NCBI GenBank assembly: GCA_044225825.1
Contig: JBGAIB010000010.1
Span: 20,699-84,698, forward strand
Direction: 5' to 3'
Length of the DNA: 64,000 nucleotides
Origin: Chitinophagales bacterium
GTDB lineage: Bacteria; Bacteroidota; Bacteroidia; Chitinophagales; LD1
This document shows, piece after piece, positions 59,401-64,000 of the stretch. The notes under the pieces were generated by a model, which saw only the letters and a list, made by a program, of their open reading frames with translations, had not been told where the DNA came from and made no database searches. Position 1 is the stretch's first letter, and each line of letters opens with the position of its first letter. The translations under genes were made by a program, and so were the position numbers.

Positions 59401-61626
59401 AGAGCGCACACATTCTCCAAAGGTATTGGTATAACGGCGGTTGCTGAGTTCCTGGTAAACCTTGCTGGTAAAACGGTCGAGACTATTGGATATGCTTAAA
59501 CTGGTGGTTGCCATAAAGGCAATAGCACCAACCTGTGGCTCCAGCACAAAGCGTTCGCTGTATCCCGGTGTACTGGTATGTATCAGTCCGGCAAAACATC
59601 CGTTAGATATTATAACTGGTAGCTTGCCCTGGTTGGTGTAGTTCTCAGGCTCATCAATACTAAAATCGAAAGCGCCGGTAGCCGAGTGTCCGAAGAAAGT
59701 GATAAGCGAAACTCCTTTATTTATATCCGCTTTAATTATGGCTGACTGTGATTGATCGATAGGAGCATTGGTGGTTTTAGAATAGGTGGTTACCGATGCA
59801 CCCCACAAAGTATCTTCTACTACTTTTTTATATTGGTCTAGATAATACCGGAACATAGTTTGCTCCGTTGAGCCCGTTCCCCCGCTAAAGTGTAACACCC
59901 TCTTTTGCCATTCCTTGTTATCAATAGGTTCGCTATTGGAGTAGCTGTTTTGCTGTGCTTCGTATGTTTGCACTTTATCGAGGTAATCCTGCACTTGCTG
60001 CGGGTTTTGGGCGGCTAAACGGCCTATACAAACCAGCATGGTATCGTTTGTGCGCGATGCCGCTAACAGGTTATCGGAGCCCGGGTAACCGAAGGTTGGT
60101 ACCAAATCCAGGTTATACTGGTTACCGGTGCTGCGCTTTGTTGTTGGGCTCTCAATGGCTTTACCCACCAGAAACACATGTTTAGGTGCAACAGTCCAAT
60201 GGCTATTAGCCCATTGAATAAAATTACGGATGGCCAATGGTGATTTCTTTACACCATAACTAAACTGGTCGTAAAGGGTATCTACATTTATAATAACCGC
60301 CTGATAGCGACCGCTGGCCGGGTTGTCATCCATATCGCGATAAGAACGATATAGCTCTACAGGGTTACTTCCGCCATTATTGAACAGAGATGAACTGGCT
60401 ATCAGCACATAGTCGCCTTTATTAGCTGCGCTGTTGAAGTTCTGGAAGAACAAGGGTGTAAGGTTAGTAACAGTGGTATAAGAGGAAACATCGCCGCTCA
60501 CTAACACGAGTTCGCGCGTGGTACCGGGTTGACTTGGTGCCGGTAACACAAAGCGCAGAGGAGAGGAGCCAGGTGATTGGGTTGATGTTAACCTGAGCCC
60601 ATTGGTTAAATCGTATAGTACCGGTTGTAAACCGTTATCGTTAAAGTTGTTGATCTCGAGATAGCGGCTATTAGGGCTGGCATCGAGGGTAAAGTAAAAA
60701 CGGTTTTGACCCTGGAAGTTAAAATTGCGAGGGTAGCGCAGTTCGCTCATGTAAGCCACATTTTGTTTGGTGCTTACAGCCTGGTCACTGGTATAGAATT
60801 TAATGTTGTTGCTGCTTTGTAGTTGGTTCAGCGGCACACTGCCTGTAATTCGGTTAAGCTTAAAGCCTACGAAAGCTGTGCCCTGCTGATATACGTTATA
60901 GGTATTCACATCGATACGCGCACTGTGGCCTTCGTTACTGTTATTGGCGAATACCGCATTGAAAACCGCAGCCGGTCCGCTCAGGTTTACATCAGGCGTA
61001 GCCAACACATATGTTTGGGCCGTGCTACCGAAAAAGTTGCCGGCAAAACCTTCACCTATATCATAAATAGAGCGATAGACTTCGTCGTTACCGGAAGAAA
61101 GGTATTTGCCTTCGTAATATTTGTTGGTAGTAATCTGGCGGGCCGTCCACATAAAATAGGGCTCCTTGGCCGGCGGATTCAATAAGTTGTTCTGTACGTT
61201 GGCCAAGCGAAGGTTGGCCTGGTTGCTGCGGATGGTTAGGTAATAAATGGAAGTATCGGTAAAAAGGCTGTAATAAGGGTGGGGCTGCATATCGCCAGTG
61301 CGGTATAAGAAGCTGTCTACATCACCTATGTTTCGTTTGCCGTAGAATTCAATGTAATCGCTGCCGGTTAATGTGCTGCCCGTAGCAGAAATAAATAATG
61401 GAACCTGTTGCCCATTGTGGTAAATAGCAAAGTTGTTGACGTTAATGCCGCTAAAACTACTGCTGTAAGCTATAAGGGTTGAGTAAGGAATACGATAAAC
61501 ACCGTCCTGCCATACTTTAATTTTATAATGGGGTTGGCTGTAATCTATCCACTCGTTACCATACGGCTGAGCTTTACACCACAGTAGCGAAACCAGTAAT
61601 GCCGTAAAAAGTAAAATTCTCCTCAT
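56485..61626 (-). CDS. PorU-like T9SS C25 (gingipain-family) peptidase, unusually long at 1713 aa, with a C-terminal T9SS sorting domain
   Basis: PorU-like N-terminus (…HYKIKVWQDGVYRIPYSTL…IYHNGQQV), C25 catalytic His/Cys context (FFGHSATG…ISNGCFAG), C-terminal ~90 aa CTD (NYPNPFTTATKFIFTI…GVYFYRVTT). Confidence 0.6.
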   Translation of the reverse strand: MRRILLFTALLVSLLWCKAQPYGNEWIDYSQPHYKIKVWQDGVYRIPYSTLIAYSSSFSGINVNNFAIYHNGQQVPLFISATGSTLTGSDYIEFYGKRNIGDVDSFLYRTGDMQPHPYYSLFTDTSIYYLTIRSNQANLRLANVQNNLLNPPAKEPYFMWTARQITTNKYYEGKYLSSGNDEVYRSIYDIGEGFAGNFFGSTAQTYVLATPDVNLSGPAAVFNAVFANNSNEGHSARIDVNTYNVYQQGTAFVGFKLNRITGSVPLNQLQSSNNIKFYTSDQAVSTKQNVAYMSELRYPRNFNFQGQNRFYFTLDASPNSRYLEINNFNDNGLQPVLYDLTNGLRLTSTQSPGSSPLRFVLPAPSQPGTTRELVLVSGDVSSYTTVTNLTPLFFQNFNSAANKGDYVLIASSSLFNNGGSNPVELYRSYRDMDDNPASGRYQAVIINVDTLYDQFSYGVKKSPLAIRNFIQWANSHWTVAPKHVFLVGKAIESPTTKRSTGNQYNLDLVPTFGYPGSDNLLAASRTNDTMLVCIGRLAAQNPQQVQDYLDKVQTYEAQQNSYSNSEPIDNKEWQKRVLHFSGGTGSTEQTMFRYYLDQYKKVVEDTLWGASVTTYSKTTNAPIDQSQSAIIKADINKGVSLITFFGHSATGAFDFSIDEPENYTNQGKLPVIISNGCFAGLIHTSTPGYSERFVLEPQVGAIAFMATTSLSISNSLDRFTSKVYQELSNRRYTNTFGECVRSAMSDVVACCGTADFDMMVAYEMTLHGDPALRLNQYPKPDYAVNESSVYFNPASVTPGTDSFEVHVIVTNLGRARKDTISVSLTRYSFGANNDSVSAYYKKYIPAPYYKDTVTFVLPTATAGATYGQNLFYPYVDADYHVDEMAENNNGLTIPASIYIQNDDVIPIYPYEFAIDSQQGVTLKASTVNPFAPARNYRFEIDTSELFLAPLETKIIYQSGGVLHWKPTITYKDSVVYYWRVAIDSSSPRWRYSSFIYLAGEYPGWNQSHYYQWQKDNYLNMLMDTDRIFKFPSSVNNIFVKTGIADAFGGPLSSESMGWDYNNYNMHRFRMGGCGFNNGITFAVIDNVTGFPWYSMNLLPSNTDNWGDKFGNYHCDGKYYIQYGYDFKTTGVHGAVDPTVPGASQISNQPWSVVIKNFIDSIPAGFYVLAYSDNNMTSIYPQWDDTLVNALESSFLLPASQFKNGSLNGPFIYFTQKGNPNFQSTFVTQSSYSPYIQASIDFTGLWFAGQMTSPKIGPAQEWGSMHFQLQSREGNTKDIDTVDLIGVQNNGIETVLLSTTDTFNLINNFSAQQYPYMRLRLRTRDDSLRTPTQLQYWRILYKKAPEAAINPAKYFSFVDSVPMGGNMHVEVALENVTDIPMDSMLASYTIRDAQFHVYDTLIRHAPLPGQQDSFIVLSYGQSINSNTYEGLNRLVIEANPNEDQLEQYHFNNYAELNFKTVGDKINPLLDVTFDGQHIFNGDIVSTQPTIMVTLKDENKFLALNDSSLLDLYLKYPGESTLRRLNFDNITMKFYPADSTNLTKGNKAQVELKPTFTIDGTYELIIRDRDRSGNNSSMESRNENNRFYDYKISFEVINKPMITNILNYPNPFTTATKFIFTITGNEVPDYMRIQIMTIKGTVVKEITKEELGPIHIGRNISEYTWDGRDTYGDLLANGVYFYRVTTRLDDKEMDHMGTNYDKYFKKGFGKLVIVR

Positions 61627-61629
61627 CCG

Positions 61630-62742
61630 CTAGTCCTTTTGCTTCTTGTTTATATCAATCCTCACCGAAATAACGTGGGAATAAAGACCTGCTCCGTCCT
61701 CTTTGTCCTTTATGGTAGTAAGGTTAGTAAGGGCATAGTCGATAGAAATAATTTTAACGTGGATACCTGCGCCCAGGTTAGGGGATACCACAAAGCGTTT
61801 TTTACCAAGTTCATCGGTAGCCCGCTGCAGGTTTCCTACACCGGTGCGTAGCGATACATCAATATCCTTTGCCGGCACATATTTAAGTTCCAGGCCTGCT
61901 GTTAAATCCATACTGATAGGCTTACCTGAAATCAGTACGTTGCGCTTGCCATCGGTTGTAAACCCGAAGTTTACTTCAGGGGTAACAAAGAATTTGTTCT
62001 TGATGTTGGCCTCGTATGCAGCCCCCAAAGTGATTACCGGGGTTGTGATTTCAAGGCTGTTTTTAGGTAACTGGTTATTGGTTTGCAGTAATACCTGCTT
62101 CTCGGCGTCACTAAAACTCATGGTCCAGGCATTAAAGGTGCTGCTGATATCGCGGGCCATTAAGCCAAAACGCCATTGCTTGTAACGGTATTGCAAGCCG
62201 GCATCAATTCCAAAGCCATAGGCTTTAGCAAAGTGACCAATCTGACGGTAAATTATTTTAGCGCTACCACCAATACTTAAGCCTTTTACAGGCAGCATTT
62301 GTGCATAGTGAAACATAAAGGCGTAATCGGCAGCGCTGAACGAAGTTATCTTGCTGTAATCAATACTTCCATCAGGTTGTACTAAAAACAGGGTGTTAGG
62401 AATGTCATCCACCCCAAAACGGAAGAAGGAAAAGCCCAGGACCCGCTTTTTTTGCTGCACGGGCACAGCCACCGATACAAAATCGTATTTCGCTATACCC
62501 GCAAAATATTCGGAGTGCATAATGCCAATCTGAAACGTGTTTGGAATATTTACCAGTCCGGCAGGGTTATAGTAATTGGAGTATACATCACCAGTAGTGG
62601 CCGCCTGCGCGTTGCTCATTGCCAGGCCGCGGGCGCCAACGCCTATGCTCAAAAACTCGTTGCTGTATTTACGCACTACTTGCGCCTGTATACCAGCTAC
62701 GCTTATAAGCACTAAAAAAACTAGTAGGGTTCCTCTTCTCAT
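61630..62742 (-). CDS. PorV/PorQ-like (FadL-fold) T9SS outer-membrane beta-barrel protein
   Basis: Signal peptide plus the motif EFLSIGVGARGLAMSNAQAATTGDVYSNYYNPAG, which resembles the conserved PorV/LptO N-terminal PFL…AR…G…A…NPA block. Ends 3 nt before the PorU-like start. Confidence 0.5.
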   Translation of the reverse strand: MRRGTLLVFLVLISVAGIQAQVVRKYSNEFLSIGVGARGLAMSNAQAATTGDVYSNYYNPAGLVNIPNTFQIGIMHSEYFAGIAKYDFVSVAVPVQQKKRVLGFSFFRFGVDDIPNTLFLVQPDGSIDYSKITSFSAADYAFMFHYAQMLPVKGLSIGGSAKIIYRQIGHFAKAYGFGIDAGLQYRYKQWRFGLMARDISSTFNAWTMSFSDAEKQVLLQTNNQLPKNSLEITTPVITLGAAYEANIKNKFFVTPEVNFGFTTDGKRNVLISGKPISMDLTAGLELKYVPAKDIDVSLRTGVGNLQRATDELGKKRFVVSPNLGAGIHVKIISIDYALTNLTTIKDKEDGAGLYSHVISVRIDINKKQKD

Positions 62743-62744
62743 AT

Positions 62745-63401
62745 TTATACCTTCAACAATTCTTGCCAGCTATAACGCAATACAACGTCCATATTGTGCA
62801 AGGCCTCAGCAAATTGACGTTTCTCTTTTACGGAAAACTCAGTTTTTGTTACCATGCCGTAAACCCGGTTCAATCCAAATACGATGTTCTCCAAATCATC
62901 GAACAAAAACAGGAACCTTCTCTGTTTGAAAAAGTGAAACCTTTCCAAAAACACCCGCTTTTGTTCCTCTAAAGAAAGCGAATCAAAGTAATTCTGCAAA
63001 ACAGCCATATCGGCGTTATCCACTATTTCATAAAACCGACTACAAATGCTGGCATCATGCAGTAAAATCTGCCGGTCCAGCATCATTTCAACCGCTATAT
63101 GCGCCAGCACCGATAACCTTAATCGCGTGCGATCGAGCCCGGCATTTACAAAAGACTGTGTAAACAGGTGCTGCTGTTGCATAAAGGCCGGGGAATTATG
63201 AAATCTTTTATCGCCTGCGTAATGGGCCAGTATACCTTTATGCACTTCGGCCAGATCTGGGTTCTCCGGTAACTCCATGGTCTTAATTAAGGAGTTGTAA
63301 GTCTTTGAAAAACCAATAGTTAAGTCGGGTATGGTTAAAGCGGCAACAAACAACGGGCTGTTGAGAGGCAATTCGGTATAATAGTGCGATAAAAAGTGCA
63401 T
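62745..63401 (-). CDS. Possible acyl carrier protein phosphodiesterase (AcpH-like) / hypothetical
   Basis: MHFLSHYYTEL… N-terminus and overall pattern recalled from AcpH; weak. Confidence 0.35.
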   Translation of the reverse strand: MHFLSHYYTELPLNSPLFVAALTIPDLTIGFSKTYNSLIKTMELPENPDLAEVHKGILAHYAGDKRFHNSPAFMQQQHLFTQSFVNAGLDRTRLRLSVLAHIAVEMMLDRQILLHDASICSRFYEIVDNADMAVLQNYFDSLSLEEQKRVFLERFHFFKQRRFLFLFDDLENIVFGLNRVYGMVTKTEFSVKEKRQFAEALHNMDVVLRYSWQELLKV

Positions 63402-63491
63402 TCTGATATATTTGTGCAAGTTAAGGCTTAACTGTTAACCAAACTAATGGGCATTGTTCCCCACACGGGAATTGTTTTAAAATCGTTGAAA

Positions 63492-64000
63492 ATGGGATTT
63501 GTAGAGGAGTTAAAATGGCGCAATATTCTGCATGATGTGATGCCGGGTACCGATGAACTGTTGAACAAGGAAATGGTGACCGGATATATTGGTTTTGACC
63601 CAACTGCCGATTCTCTGCACGTAGGCCATTTAATGCAGGTAATGACCTTGCTGCATTTCCAAAAAGCAGGGCATAAACCCGTGGCTTTGGTTGGGGGCGC
63701 AACCGGTATGGTTGGCGACCCAACTGGCAAAAGCACGGAGCGCAATTTACTTACACCGGAAGAGGTAAATTACAACCTCCAGTGTATAAAAAAGCAGCTT
63801 GAAAAGTTCCTGGACTTTGATTGCGGCAACAATTCGGCGATTGTGGTTAACAACTACGACTGGTTTAAGGATTACAGCTTCCTCGATTTTATTCGCGAGG
63901 TAGGCAAATACATCACAGTTAATTACATGATGGCGAAGGATAGTGTGAAACTGCGCCTGGAAAGCGAAGATCGCGAGGGGATGAGCTTTACCGAGTTTTG
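63492..64000 (+). CDS. tyrS: Tyrosine--tRNA ligase, N-terminal part (continues beyond window end)
   Basis: [51 protein letters not shown]…KSTER contains class I HIGH (HVGH). Missing from the track because the ORF runs off the window. Confidence 0.88.
   Translation, partial: MGFVEELKWRNILHDVMPGTDELLNKEMVTGYIGFDPTADSLHVGHLMQVMTLLHFQKAGHKPVALVGGATGMVGDPTGKSTERNLLTPEEVNYNLQCIKKQLEKFLDFDCGNNSAIVVNNYDWFKDYSFLDFIREVGKYITVNYMMAKDSVKLRLESEDREGMSFTEF

Noticed and set aside
63421-63745. Minus-strand ORFs 63421-63723 and 63428-63745
   Set aside because: Antisense to the clearly recognisable tyrS N-terminus (HIGH motif) on the plus strand

Overview
The window looks like a chromosomal segment from a Bacteroidota genome, probably Sphingobacteriia or Chitinophagia. 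Three things point that way: TAnnTTTG-type -7 promoter boxes, many type IX secretion system (T9SS) C-terminal sorting domains, and SprB-type repeats. It is mostly housekeeping genes (rpsO-pnp, lplA, gpmI, nth, recQ, icd, rpmB-rpmG-ftsY-rimO, start of tyrS) interleaved with accessory blocks. The accessory blocks are: (i) a tRNA-Leu(CAA) gene followed by a tandem array of 115-bp repeats that each copy the 3' third of the tRNA plus its terminator, directly next to a cyanophycin cluster (cphA, cphB, isoaspartyl dipeptidase); (ii) a T9SS cargo island of two tandem M43 metalloproteases, YraN and a 1941-aa SprB-repeat adhesin; (iii) a duplicated two-gene cassette (small single-pass membrane protein plus TonB-dependent receptor, or TBDR) with a conserved promoter-proximal motif; (iv) a PorV-like/PorU-like T9SS pair with an unusually long C25 peptidase. 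The tRNA-linked repeat array is the most unusual structure; it gave rise to the near-identical spurious ORFs in the six-frame track. I saw no CRISPR array, integrase, transposase, restriction-modification or toxin-antitoxin genes. All functional calls rest on my reading of the translated ORFs and sequence motifs; no database search was run.
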